Positions 29,746 to 40,539 of a stretch of 64,000 nucleotides of DNA are shown piece after piece. The notes under the pieces were generated by a model. That model worked only from the letters and a program-made list of their open reading frames with translations, had not been told where the DNA came from and ran no database searches. The stretch comes from an uncultured Candidatus Saccharibacteria bacterium (GTDB lineage: Bacteria; Patescibacteriota; Minisyncoccia; Phycocordibacterales; UBA1006): the NCBI GenBank assembly GCA_964415895.1, contig CAYQCC010000004.1, positions 243 to 64,242 of the forward strand, in the 5' to 3' direction. A program made the translations under genes and the position numbers. Within the stretch, counting starts at the first letter, position 1, and each line of letters begins with the position of its first letter.

Positions 29746-30327
29746 TTAAGACCTTGCAAAGTATGTGCTATTCAAGTGAATAAAAGCATCTTCAAAACTT
29801 CTTGCATGGTAAGCATTTTCTTCTTGTTGGTAGCATAAACATAAAGTTGAATCCCCAATTTTAATTGTTCTTTGTTCTACTGTCAAAATCTTAACATCTT
29901 CCCAAGAAATACCTGGCAAAAAATGTAGTAAAGCTGAGTTACTTGTTGCTGTACCATTATTTACAGGACAAGCCTCAATAACAACATTTCCTTTTTTATC
30001 CTTATTACCTATATCGCCTTTAGAATCTATATCTGTAATTACCAAAGATTTAATTCCTAAAAACTCGATAAATTTTTCAAAAATCTGTGAATAAGCTCCG
30101 ACCTCTATAATTGAAATATTTTGTGAAAGTAGCGGTAAAAATGGGTCTTCTGTTCCTACTGCAACATGGATTTTTTCTTCCTCTATATCAATCTTTTTCA
30201 TCACAGTTGGAATGAGAATTCTTTCAGTATCGCCCTCTATCAAAACAGCTTTATCGGCAAAGAAAATTTCGGCTCTACTAATTGTCAAATATTGTGTTAA
30301 GAACTGATACTGTGTTGTGCCTAACAA
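29746..30327 (-). CDS. Toprim-domain protein resembling the C-terminal nuclease module of OLD/Gabija GajA (N-terminally truncated)
   Basis: VLIEGDTERILIP and VITDIDSKGD (DxD) Toprim motifs. No ATPase upstream. Confidence 0.5.
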   Translation of the reverse strand: MLGTTQYQFLTQYLTISRAEIFFADKAVLIEGDTERILIPTVMKKIDIEEEKIHVAVGTEDPFLPLLSQNISIIEVGAYSQIFEKFIEFLGIKSLVITDIDSKGDIGNKDKKGNVVIEACPVNNGTATSNSALLHFLPGISWEDVKILTVEQRTIKIGDSTLCLCYQQEENAYHARSFEDAFIHLNSTYFARS

Positions 30328-30789
30328 AACATATTATTATGTTCGTTAATATGTTATATGGAACAGATAGATACAACCATCACAAATACACATTTATAGG
30401 TATTTGAAATGTAATAATACTTTTATACATTTAATCTTTACAACAAACGAACAAACTAAATTTAAGAAATACAGTTGCACCAAACTATTGGATGTAGAGT
30501 TCTTTAACATATTTAGTTGTTCAGATTTCCAAACTACTTTTTTGAGAATACATTTTTACTACGTCATGTTTTGGCGTTCATCTAATGCATATTTGTATCA
30601 AATAAATAATGTATGAATCTCTACGCAAAAAAACACATTCGGTTAAAAAACAAAAATGACTTCTTAGTTTTTTAACTATTATAAAATTAACGTGGTCTTA
30701 TAAAGTGTTAAGATATTAGTTTTCACACAATATAATAAAACGCGTATCGTTATTAGAAATAAATTGCATCATAAAATAAAAATACATCC

Positions 30790-31170
30790 ATGAAAAATCA
30801 GAAAGCATATTCCGTCATTGTCAGTTTAATTCCTGCGGTGCAAGCAATACTCGACACCTTTAATGCAGCACAGGTAAGTGATGCACTGCGCATGTACATT
30901 GGTGCGCTACTAATCTTGCTTATCATCGTAATGCAAGGCATACAGATATACCTCAATCCAAGCATCAAAAATAATGCTCTTTGGGTAAGTGTGGTAGCAC
31001 TCATTGGATACATTGCAGGTGGCATAATGGACAACCTTAATGTGATACCTATGAGCGAAGAAGTAGCCAGTGTTATTCGGTTAGTATTTTCTTTGTTCGT
31101 AGTCATTGCCAATGCCATTGTGAGAGAATACAACACTGTGGAAGACAAATTAAAAATAAATATAAAGTAA
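30790..31170 (+). CDS. Hypothetical membrane protein (3 TM)
   Basis: 126 aa, hydrophobic helices. Could be holin-like. Confidence 0.3.
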   Translation: MKNQKAYSVIVSLIPAVQAILDTFNAAQVSDALRMYIGALLILLIIVMQGIQIYLNPSIKNNALWVSVVALIGYIAGGIMDNLNVIPMSEEVASVIRLVFSLFVVIANAIVREYNTVEDKLKINIK

Positions 31171-32248
31171 AAATTCCCTTTAAAGTATTCTGTCATTTTG
31201 TTTGTCTTGCTAAATATATAGGAAGATTGTTTCGGTGCTAAATCTTTTGCTACATTCAAATTTTAAATTATTGAAGACTTGAGTTTTTATAAACATTATA
31301 ATTATGTAAGCGTGAATCTTGAAATTTCTCTTGCGAACTAATAAAAATAATTGTAAATTACAAGTACAACCAAGTGAAAAATAAAAATTATTCTTATGAA
31401 ATATTATAACAACAAAACAGCATTAACATCAATAAGTCCACTAAGAAAAATTTATACTAATACGCCAATTATATATGTACAGAAGATTTGATTTAATAAC
31501 AATATTAGTTAGCTATACTTTGTATAGAAAAGTCGTATGCACTCTGTGTACGGCTTTTTTTTATTCTAAAAATTTAAACCAATATAATTTATGGTGAAAT
31601 AAAAGACAAAAAAAACCAGGGTAAACGATAGAGAGTTTAAAACCTGGCTTTATATGATTAATTTTTGCTGCAACATTAAATTAATCTCAACTATAAAGCT
31701 ACCACACTTAAAGATATAACACAAGTCTTATTTATCGACACTGTTTATTTAGTTTATATCTAAAGTTGCCAATCTCTAATATTTACCTTATAATTTGTCT
31801 AATTGATATTGATAGAACTATCGGTTCAACAAACATTTATCAAAATTAAAACTGCAAAAATGGTAAGATTTTACAATTCTTATAATCCAATACTGACTAA
31901 AAAACAGATAGCATCTTGTGTAAATAAACATTGTGTTATTTGTAAAGGAATTATTAATGAATTTTATTGTTGTAATTGTTTTGAAGGACCGAGCATATTG
32001 CAGCTACAAATTAAAAAAAGCCATCAAGATTACTTCTTTATGGATGGTTCAGTTAAGCCAGTAATTATAAAAATCAGAAACTTAGGTTTTGGAATGATAA
32101 ATTTTAATTAAAATTCAATTAATATGGGGCTAAAGATACAGTTGGTATGATTATTTATGTAAATTTGTAATAATAGAAATTAAGTGTTAGGCTTAGTTGT
32201 TTAATGTTTTAATTAGCCTAATTATTTTTTGCTGAATAAAACCACACT

Positions 32249-33205
32249 ATGAAAATATTTAGAATTAAAGTCGAAAATTACAGACTACTTAAAGACTTTT
32301 CTATTGACTTAGAAGAAGATTTATCGTTAGTTATTGGTAAAAACAATACAGGCAAGACATCACTTCTTACCATTTTAGAAAAGTTTTTAAATCATTCTGA
32401 AAAAACTAAATTTTCCATTGATGATTTTAATATTGAATTTAAAAAGAGTCTTGCAGATCTTGTAGTTGATAATATCCAAATTGTTGAAACTGATTTTGTA
32501 CAAATAGGTATAAAACTTAAAATTTTCATTCAATACAGTGATAAGGATGATTTGTCCAACATTAGTAGGGTTATGATGGATCTTGATCCTGATAATAATG
32601 TTGTTGTGTTAGGATTTGAATACATCTTAGATTATGACAACTATTTAAAGATAAGAAGCGAATACTTAGTGTTTGATGACAAAGAATCAGTAAAGGAGCG
32701 TGAGGACACAACTGGCATGTATAAAAAATTAGACGTATATAGTTTTTTAAAACAAGAACATAATAAGTTTTTTATAACAATCAAAAAGTCCATTGCATAT
32801 GATATTGGCGCAGATGACACCCTTGATAAAATATTTATCAATTTAGATAAAGAAAATGTCGGTATCAAAGATATTATAAATTTCAAATACATAAGTGCAA
32901 GACGTGATGTAACCAACAAGGATTTTGATAAGACTTTATCAAAACAAACGTCAATAATTTATAAAAGAACAGAGGAAAATGAAGAAACAAAGGAAGCTAC
33001 GGAAAAATTTAAAGACCAGTTAACCGAAACAGATAGACAGTTAAGTACTATTTATGTTGATTTATTCGAAGAAGTTATTAAAAAGGTTAGAATTTTTGGT
33101 GGAATAAAGCTTAATGAATCTGAAATTGAGATAATCTCAACATTACAACATAGAGAACTTTTATCGAATGCTGTTTTTAATGGTTGCATAGCACTTAATA
33201 TTTAA
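32249..33205 (+). CDS. AAA_15/OLD-type ATPase N-terminal fragment (truncated before Walker B)
   Basis: KIFRIKVENYRLLKDFSIDL...LVIGKNNTGKTSLL Walker A and Lys-rich helical insert. Ends without a DEPE/Walker B region. Confidence 0.55.
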   Translation: MKIFRIKVENYRLLKDFSIDLEEDLSLVIGKNNTGKTSLLTILEKFLNHSEKTKFSIDDFNIEFKKSLADLVVDNIQIVETDFVQIGIKLKIFIQYSDKDDLSNISRVMMDLDPDNNVVVLGFEYILDYDNYLKIRSEYLVFDDKESVKEREDTTGMYKKLDVYSFLKQEHNKFFITIKKSIAYDIGADDTLDKIFINLDKENVGIKDIINFKYISARRDVTNKDFDKTLSKQTSIIYKRTEENEETKEATEKFKDQLTETDRQLSTIYVDLFEEVIKKVRIFGGIKLNESEIEIISTLQHRELLSNAVFNGCIALNI

Positions 33206-33316
33206 GTCTTGACTATGCCAGTGGCCAATGGTATGAGGTACCACCCAATTTGGCAAATAATTTATTTTAGTATATGATACTCTACAAAGGTTGCCACTGG
33301 CTGAAAATTGGTTGGC

Positions 33317-33355
33317 AATCTTGGCCATACAACGGTGAGACGTTGTATGGCTTTT
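33317..33355 (+). terminator. Intrinsic terminator
   Basis: ccatacaacggtgagacgttgtatgg plus ctttttttg. Confidence 0.55.
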
Positions 33356-34013
33356 TTTGTATATGGAAAATACCTTTAAAAACAAGGGTTTTGAGCTAAC
33401 CGCTATGTGTGCGACTGCATAAGCATTGAGTATGCTAAAGGTTTGTTTTGATGATATTTGAGCCATAACTATCATAATCATGGTCAAAAATACAGGCGTA
33501 AAATGACGCATTTAAAATCTATGAGTCATTAAATGACTCATTTTAAATAGCTACTTAGAAGATAGTGCTAAAAGAAACTGCATAAAAAAAATATGAACCT
33601 ATTGCGGAATTAATAAATAAGGTTTACATTGAATTATAAATTCAAGATTATGTCAAGCTTAATGATTAATTCTCCACCATAATAATATAACCATAACTAG
33701 GTAATATTAAAAACAGTTTGCAAAAACTTGACATTTCAAAACACAACTATCATGACATAAACACAAAAATACAAGCATAGAAAATAGATTCAACTACTGT
33801 TAGGATTTCTATGTCCAAATTTTTGCATGATTTATTTTTTGAAATAGCAAGTTTAGCTACTGAACTTGTTATGGTTAAATTAATACATATAAAAAATGCT
33901 TTCTTACAATATTCTTGTGAGAAAGCATTTTTTATATATTCTTTAGAGTATACACAACCTGCATTTAGTACAATTCCGTTTCAAGGTATTCTTAATGCTA
34001 AAATTCAATACTT

Positions 34014-34634
34014 ATGGTAAGTAGAGAATTTAGCATATTAGATTTTGAGCAACAACCATTAAATGTTGCTATAAAGAATGAATTTCACTCTCTGGTTGAA
34101 ACATGCTTTAAAGATGATAGTCTACTTTTTGCCTATTTAGACTTAAAAGAAATCTACCATACAAGCGGATTATCGGAATTGTATTTGTTCACTGACAATA
34201 AAAATATATTACAAGGATTCGATAAAGAATACGCTGTTATGCTTGAGCAAATAGATAAAGAAAATGAACGACTTTACACATATCAAGGATGGTTTAAAAA
34301 ACTAAAAATTCGGAAAGCTAAAGGAACTCAACATCTTTTAGAAAATAAAGAGCAAATAGAATTTACATGGATTGAAACTCGAAAATCAAGAATACAAAGT
34401 GATTTTGCTACTGATATCCATTTCCAAGATGCTAGTTTAGCAAATTATGCAAATGACTATTTTTCTAATATGCAAGACTTAATTCTTAATAAGTTTCCGT
34501 ACTCATTAACTGTAATTCTTCCTATATACATAATTAGAAATTCACACCTAATTCCTTGTGCTGATTTGAGAATAAATTTAGGTACAAATATAGACATCAC
34601 CGTTTTCATAAAAATCTGCTATTTTAAAAATTAA
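34014..34634 (+). CDS. Hypothetical protein
   Basis: 206 aa ORF in the AT-rich island. No motif recognised. Confidence 0.3.
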   Translation: MVSREFSILDFEQQPLNVAIKNEFHSLVETCFKDDSLLFAYLDLKEIYHTSGLSELYLFTDNKNILQGFDKEYAVMLEQIDKENERLYTYQGWFKKLKIRKAKGTQHLLENKEQIEFTWIETRKSRIQSDFATDIHFQDASLANYANDYFSNMQDLILNKFPYSLTVILPIYIIRNSHLIPCADLRINLGTNIDITVFIKICYFKN

Positions 34635-35207
34635 GTCGTTTACTCTAGCGATATCTCTAACTAGGTCTACAGTAAATTTATTTGTGACAGACAACACATC
34701 TGAACGATACAATATATTCTGATTTTGAGTTTCTTCATCGCCAATCCAATCAATTAATAATTCAAGTCCATAAAATTGCGCAAGTCTGCCATTTAAATCT
34801 GCTAACATGGAGATTGTTTTTTCGCTTTTATCACTTGGTTCTTCAAGATTAACGATAGGTCTAGAGGTAATAATAGTAGCCTGACTTGCAGAAATTATTT
34901 TATATATTGACATAAGAGTGTCGGAAAACTTGACACTCACAACAAAATTTCTGTATAATTCTAAATAATATGCATAATAAACTGCAAATCTTTTTGCTTC
35001 AAATTCGATAGGGTGTAAAAAACCATATGATGGATAATTCGCTAATATTTTATTTTGAAATTGCGTAAAATAATTTGTAGAACTTTCTATTCTTACGTTC
35101 AGTAGTTCTTTATCTCTAATGGTTTTTTCAGAATTTTCTGTTTCTAAGAGTTTAAGTAGTTCTTGATAGATTTGTTCTATCGAATCAGATGTAATGTTAT
35201 CATTCAT
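34578..35207 (-). CDS. Hypothetical protein
   Basis: 209 aa ORF, convergent with and overlapping the previous ORF. Confidence 0.3.
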   Translation of the reverse strand: MNDNITSDSIEQIYQELLKLLETENSEKTIRDKELLNVRIESSTNYFTQFQNKILANYPSYGFLHPIEFEAKRFAVYYAYYLELYRNFVVSVKFSDTLMSIYKIISASQATIITSRPIVNLEEPSDKSEKTISMLADLNGRLAQFYGLELLIDWIGDEETQNQNILYRSDVLSVTNKFTVDLVRDIARVNDLIFKIADFYENGDVYICT

Positions 35208-35289
35208 ATTTTATGGTTTCAAATAAAAAAGGAAATAAAGATATTAAAATAATCTTTATTTCCTATAATTTTTTAAATAGTTTATTAAA

Positions 35290-35511
35290 CTATTTGGCGT
35301 TTAGTAAAGTTAAAGGTGCAACAATGTCTGGATGACTGCACAAGCCTATTGATTTAACTTTTAATGAATCAACCTCTTTATTTTTGAATTTAAGCCAATC
35401 CGGTCGGGTGACCGTATGGTTAAACTCAATGGTTACTGGTGATTCGGAGCCGTTTAGAATCCTTAATCTAGTAGGATTAAAAAAATCTAAAATTTTTTGT
35501 GAAGCTGCCAT
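35290..35511 (-). CDS. Hypothetical small protein
   Basis: 73 aa ORF. Confidence 0.2.
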   Translation of the reverse strand: MAASQKILDFFNPTRLRILNGSESPVTIEFNHTVTRPDWLKFKNKEVDSLKVKSIGLCSHPDIVAPLTLLNAK

Positions 35512-36189
35512 TTTTTAATTGTTTTAGTTTTTATAATTTGGTTCTTTTATAGTTTTAATTTTGGTTCAATGGTAACCTACCCCCCCCTTTTTTTTATTAA
35601 ATTTTTATAATTTTGGACTGCAAAGATACGATAAACAATTTTATTTACATAATGTAATTTTTTTTGCACAAATTGTTTATTACTTGCTCTAAATTGGATT
35701 GTAATATAATTATTAATTTAAAGCAAGTCCTTAAATACGCGATTCCATTTCTCTACATTTTCTTCGAATCTTTTGCACATTTTTCGATGCAATTTTACAC
35801 ATCAATTTAAACACTTTTAAACTTTGATTTAAACACCTGTGGACAAGCATTTGATATTCACCAACCTATAACGCCTAAATATCTAAAAAAGTATTTAAAA
35901 TCTGTTAAATTATAAGAACAATATTAAAATTAGCTAGGATTTAAGGGTTTATGTTACACAATTTAATAAATATTTTGCAAAAATAAGACCTGTTTTTCTC
36001 AAAGTCAAAATTTAAAGATGAATATTTAGTGTCCTTGAGATGTAATTATACTCTCTTATTGCTAAAATAATGTCCTATTCTTTTCTTTTTTTGGCACAAA
36101 TTAAACTAAATAACACTACTCACATATATATGCGCCTTATACAGAACAATACATTTTTTAATAAAAACTTGCCCTCTCGGGCAAGTAAA

Positions 36190-37452
36190 CTATTTCTTAG
36201 TTCTCTTTTTAGTTTTGGTATTTGGTTGTTTTGTTTTCTGCATAGCACTCATTACCAAATCCGTAGCATCATCAATCATTTTATTTGGCAATGTGTCAAG
36301 ATAGATTTGCGTGGTCTTAATAGATTCATGCCCTAACATATCGCTAATATCAGCAATGGGAATTTGGATGTGTTTTGCAATAGTAGCGAATGAATGTCTG
36401 GAAACATACGATGTTAAATTCTCTTGTATTCCACACAAGGTTGCAATCTTTTTTAGCTTCTTGTTGTACCTGCTACGTGCCCACTTAACTTGTCGATACT
36501 GTTCCTCTGGAGTTGCTTTGGTAATAATTGGAAAGATGTAGTCATCTTTTTCTTCTGATGGGTACTTGTCTAGTATCTGTTGCACATTTGCGGTTATTCT
36601 AATTGTGTAAGGTTTATCTGTTTTTTGACGCTCATAAATGATACGACCATCAATAAGGTTCGACCATTGTAAATGTGCCATATCTGCAAAAGGCATACCA
36701 CGAGTATAAAAGCAAAACATAAAATAGTTATGCGAGTTGTAGAGCGGATGATTGGTTTCGAACTTCAATTCCTCAATGGCTTTAATCGCTGTTGTACTGA
36801 TAGCGCGTTTGCGTGTTTTTTTTGTCTTAATCTTGTAGTTGGTAAATGGATACAGATCTCGCTCAACAAGCTTCGCTTTGATAGCGTTATTGAATACGGC
36901 TCGGATGGTGCGCATATACACAGCAAGTCCATTTAAGCTGTTGCCTTTGATGATGTGGTGCTGTTCAAGTTTTACAAGAAATGAGTGAGTAATGTCGGTA
37001 AATGTAAGCTCTCTATTATTAGAAAAGGTACGCAGAACACTAATGACGCCTTCGTAAGAACGAGCACTGCTAAATCTTTGTGTCTTTTTCATATCAGCAA
37101 TCATGTTTTCTGTATATTTGAAAAAGGAAAGATTATTTGACTTTTCTATGAGTTCTTTGAGTTGCGTGATGGTGAGCGTTTGAAGTGTTTTCTTTTCGTC
37201 TAATTTAGAAATGATGTCGAGTGCTTCGGCAACTTTCTTGCGATGCTGGTTGTTAAGCCTAGTTACGGATTCTGTACCATTATAAGAAGATTTTATAAGA
37301 TGTTTGGTGTCGTCCCAGTCTTTTAGATGCAGCGATAAGCCGAGCGGAATTTGTGAAGATTTCCTATTATGGACAATGCGCATAATGAGTGGAAATGTGC
37401 CATCGGCTTTTTTTACTCGTGTATCGAGGACAATAAGTGCGTTTGTTTTCAT
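36190..37452 (-). CDS. Tyrosine-type site-specific integrase (phage/CTn integrase family)
   Basis: C-terminal catalytic motifs RHSFATIAK, LGHESIKTTQIYLD. N-terminal arm-binding and SAM-like domains. 420 aa. Confidence 0.85.
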   Translation of the reverse strand: MKTNALIVLDTRVKKADGTFPLIMRIVHNRKSSQIPLGLSLHLKDWDDTKHLIKSSYNGTESVTRLNNQHRKKVAEALDIISKLDEKKTLQTLTITQLKELIEKSNNLSFFKYTENMIADMKKTQRFSSARSYEGVISVLRTFSNNRELTFTDITHSFLVKLEQHHIIKGNSLNGLAVYMRTIRAVFNNAIKAKLVERDLYPFTNYKIKTKKTRKRAISTTAIKAIEELKFETNHPLYNSHNYFMFCFYTRGMPFADMAHLQWSNLIDGRIIYERQKTDKPYTIRITANVQQILDKYPSEEKDDYIFPIITKATPEEQYRQVKWARSRYNKKLKKIATLCGIQENLTSYVSRHSFATIAKHIQIPIADISDMLGHESIKTTQIYLDTLPNKMIDDATDLVMSAMQKTKQPNTKTKKRTKK

Positions 37453-37463
37453 TTGGTTCTGTT

Positions 37464-37868
37464 TTAAAAATGAGGAAATCTATTCACAAGCAGCTCACAA
37501 GCAAAAGTACATTTCAAACAATATCGAATCATATCAAATAACACCAAAGTTAATACTTGCTGTAAACACCCAATTTTCTTATTCACAATATCATTGGCAT
37601 TTAAACATTTCAATTCATCGATGATGTTTGGAATGCGCATCTGCAGGCGTTTGATAAGTAATTTTTTCTGTTCAGGGAAAAAGGAATCGAAAGGGGTTTT
37701 GTAAATAATGTGATAAAGCAACATCAATTCTATTTGCGGATGCATATCGCTTGTTTCGTTGCGTGAAACTTGAATTACATCTTGTGTGCCAAGTAATTCA
37801 GAAATATCTTGTTGGTTAAAAATGGAATGTTTACGATGATTTCGTAAATGATGATTAATAGGTTTCAT
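37464..37868 (-). CDS. Hypothetical protein (upstream of integrase)
   Basis: 134 aa. No motif recognised. Confidence 0.25.
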   Translation of the reverse strand: MKPINHHLRNHRKHSIFNQQDISELLGTQDVIQVSRNETSDMHPQIELMLLYHIIYKTPFDSFFPEQKKLLIKRLQMRIPNIIDELKCLNANDIVNKKIGCLQQVLTLVLFDMIRYCLKCTFACELLVNRFPHF

Positions 37869-38016
37869 AAAATATTTTCATTAGTTGATAATATTCCTAT
37901 GATATTAAAAATGGATAAATACAATATGAGGGCGAAATTGCATATGGCTGTCTTTAAAGTAATAACCGCACGTTGGTTGCGTGGATATTAAAATCCACGC
38001 TTCACAAAACTTGCGG

Positions 38017-38523
38017 TTATTCAAATTGTATTTTCATCTTATCTATCAACGACTGTTGCAAAACTTGCAAGCGTTCAATGTTTTCATCAGATTTCTTTTG
38101 TATTGTTTTTCTTTTTAAAGTATTTCTTTTGTTATGTTCGCAATCACGAACAAGTCTTATTCGTGATTGCGAACAAGTCATGTCGCAAATGCGAACAAGT
38201 CGAGATTCATAAAAAAGAAGTGGATGTCCTCTTCGTTCATGTGCTTGATGCAGTTCAGTCTCCTTTCCATCTGTTACGACAAGTAAACTCTTGTCTATTA
38301 AACTTTGAATTGTTTTTGAGAGTACTGTCCTATACAATCCTGTCTTTTTGAGAATGAAGCTGTAACTTAGTCTGTCCTTTATTTTCCGCTTTCCTGTTTT
38401 GCTGTCTATCCACCCAACAGTTTGGCGAAGCACAATTAATAGCACACGAAGTTCTGCGTGTGTAAGTATTGGAATATGTTCAAAAAGTTCATTAGGTACT
38501 GGCGTAGTGTTCTCAAGTGACAT
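38017..38523 (-). CDS. Putative replication initiator / DnaD-like winged-helix protein
   Basis: LTHAELRVLLIVLRQTVGWIDSKTGKRKIKDRLSYSFILKKTGLYRTVLSKTIQSLIDKSLL is typical of phage/plasmid Rep wHTH. Contains internal iteron-like DNA repeats. Confidence 0.45.
   Translation of the reverse strand: MSLENTTPVPNELFEHIPILTHAELRVLLIVLRQTVGWIDSKTGKRKIKDRLSYSFILKKTGLYRTVLSKTIQSLIDKSLLVVTDGKETELHQAHERRGHPLLFYESRLVRICDMTCSQSRIRLVRDCEHNKRNTLKRKTIQKKSDENIERLQVLQQSLIDKMKIQFE
38140..38212. repeat. Iteron-like direct repeats plus 11-bp inverted repeat inside the Rep-like gene
   Basis: Three copies of cgaacaagtc and the palindrome gcaatcacgaa...ttcgtgattgc. Confidence 0.55.
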
Positions 38524-38592
38524 GAAAACTACAGTACACGAGGAAATTTGAATACAATATGAATGCTTTTTTGCTGATGCAAAAATTGCCTT

Positions 38593-38820
38593 ATGTTGTG
38601 TAACAAAAAATGGAGATATGGTGCAAACATGGAAGAAATTCTCGCAATGGAAAAAGATGTAAAAAAGCTGATTTTAGAAGAAGAAAAAAATCTTCTAAAT
38701 TCAGGCTTTACACAAGAGGATATAACGATACTTTATGAGGCATTGGAATATATAGCATACCCTGTCATTGCAGAGTATTGTGAGCATGGAACGATTACAG
38801 ACATTGACGAAATCGAGTAA
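38593..38820 (+). CDS. Hypothetical small acidic protein
   Basis: 75 aa. Confidence 0.25.
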   Translation: MLCNKKWRYGANMEEILAMEKDVKKLILEEEKNLLNSGFTQEDITILYEALEYIAYPVIAEYCEHGTITDIDEIE

Positions 38821-38873
38821 ATTTTAGACTATGATATACTTTCTTTATTATCAGCGAATAACTCTATTGATCT

Positions 38874-40424
38874 ATGAATATTACTAAACTAGCACTTATT
38901 TATTGTCGTGTCAGTTCCAAGCAACAATTGGATGGTGGCGGTCTTGGTAGCCAAGAACAAAGATGCCAAGAATATGCAAAATTTAACGGATATGAAGTTG
39001 TGGAAATATTCCACGATTCTTTTTCTGGTGGTGGTGACTTTATGAAACGACCTGCTATGCGTCAATTATTGGCGTATGTTGATGAACACTCACAAAATCA
39101 GTATGTAGTTATTTTTGATGACTTAAAACGCTTTGCACGAGATGTAAAATTTCATTGGGAATTGAGGAGTGAATTTGAATCACGAAACCTTATACCTGAA
39201 TGTTTAAACTTTAAATTTGAAGAAACACCAGAGGGAGCTTTTATTGAAACAATCATAGCTGCACAAGGTGAGCTCGAACGTAAACAACAAAAAAGACAGG
39301 TGTTGCAAAAAATGAAAGCACGAATGCAGAGGGGTTTGTCTTGCTTTCCTACTGCACCATACGGATATACCTATGTTGCAAGTTCCTTGCATGGCGGAAA
39401 GATCTTACAGATTGATAAAGAAGCATCAAAGGTTGTAAGGATGGCATTTTCCGAATTTGCAAATGGTAAATTATTTCATCTAAGAGATGTGACTAAGTTT
39501 CTTACAACAAATAGTGTAAGAAAAAAGAAAGTTGCATTTAAAGACGAAACTGTAAAAAGCATGTTGAGTAATGTTATCTACATTGGTTTCTTAGAATATC
39601 CGACATGGAATGTAGAACTTACTAAAGGTGTTCATGATGCAATTATTCCACTCGAATTATTTGAAAGAGTACAAATAAGATTAAAAGGTAAAATACCGCA
39701 AAGAACTCGTGTTGATATGAGAGAGGACTTTCCACTTCGTGGATATGTAAACTGTATTCATTGCAAACGTCAATTAACAGCATCTTGGAGTACAGGCAGA
39801 ATAGGGTCGAAACATCCTTATTATCGTTGCCATACCAAAGGATGTGTCATGGCAGGAAAAAGCATACAGAAAAAAGAACTGCATGATTTTTTTGAAGAGT
39901 ACATAAAACCACTCTCATTTAAGCCACAAATTAAAACAATAGCAAAACTTAAAATTCTTGAAGAGGCATTGAGAAGAAATAAGATAAAATATTTAGAATT
40001 AGAAAAAAAGAAACAGGAAATTATTTTAATAGATCAACAAATAGAAACTTTAGTTGAAAGGCTTTCTGCGCCACTAGATAGAAGTATTGCTGAGATATAC
40101 GAAAGCCAAATTGCTAATCTGAATAAAAAAAGAATTTTATTAAATGAGATCTCTATAAAAGATGATACTAACCCTAAATTGTTGGAACCTATAGTAGATA
40201 TTGCCTTTAAAAAGAGTGAAAACCCTTATGCTACATGGAAAAAAGACAAATACGAACTACAAAAACAGGTGTTGAATATGCTGTTTTATACCAATTTAGA
40301 ATATGGTAAAAAAGAGAAGTTTGGAAACACGAACGAGGCTTATTTATTAAGGCTTTTTAAGAGAATTGAGATTGAAAACAACCAAAATTTACAGCATGTC
40401 GAGATGCAGGGATTCGAACCCTGA
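38874..40424 (+). CDS. Large serine recombinase
   Basis: Resolvase domain with catalytic Ser in YCRVSSKQQ. Recombinase domain and Zn-ribbon CIHCKRQL...YYRCHTKGC. The 3' end overlaps tRNA-Pro by 26 nt. Confidence 0.85.
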   Translation: MNITKLALIYCRVSSKQQLDGGGLGSQEQRCQEYAKFNGYEVVEIFHDSFSGGGDFMKRPAMRQLLAYVDEHSQNQYVVIFDDLKRFARDVKFHWELRSEFESRNLIPECLNFKFEETPEGAFIETIIAAQGELERKQQKRQVLQKMKARMQRGLSCFPTAPYGYTYVASSLHGGKILQIDKEASKVVRMAFSEFANGKLFHLRDVTKFLTTNSVRKKKVAFKDETVKSMLSNVIYIGFLEYPTWNVELTKGVHDAIIPLELFERVQIRLKGKIPQRTRVDMREDFPLRGYVNCIHCKRQLTASWSTGRIGSKHPYYRCHTKGCVMAGKSIQKKELHDFFEEYIKPLSFKPQIKTIAKLKILEEALRRNKIKYLELEKKKQEIILIDQQIETLVERLSAPLDRSIAEIYESQIANLNKKRILLNEISIKDDTNPKLLEPIVDIAFKKSENPYATWKKDKYELQKQVLNMLFYTNLEYGKKEKFGNTNEAYLLRLFKRIEIENNQNLQHVEMQGFEP

Positions 40425-40471
40425 GTCACCTGCTCCCAAAGCAGGCATGTTAGCCGTTACACCACATCTCG
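40399..40471 (-). tRNA. tRNA-Pro (TGG)
   Basis: Acceptor CGAGATG/CATCTCG, anticodon arm CCTGC-TTTGGGA-GCAGG, T-arm CAGGGTTCGAATCCCTG. Confidence 0.8.
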
Positions 40472-40539
40472 AAAACAAAAAGACTTTACCACAGTCTGGG
40501 AAAATAATCCAGGGTACGAGTCAAAGTCTTTTTTAAAAA

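Larger units (their letters stand above)
29340..40471. mobile_element. AT-rich integrated element(s) between tRNA-His and tRNA-Pro
   Basis: Sharp drop in GC. Carries a tyrosine integrase, a serine recombinase overlapping tRNA-Pro, a Rep-like gene, defence-gene fragments and many orphan ORFs. tRNA genes lie at both ends. Confidence 0.55.

Noticed and set aside
30798-31259. 153-aa minus-strand ORF
   Set aside because: Antisense overlap with the plus-strand membrane-protein ORF 30790-31170; low-complexity translation.
33519-33550. Palindrome tgagtcattaaatgactca
   Set aside because: Short AT-rich palindrome in an AT-rich island; no flanking context suggesting function.
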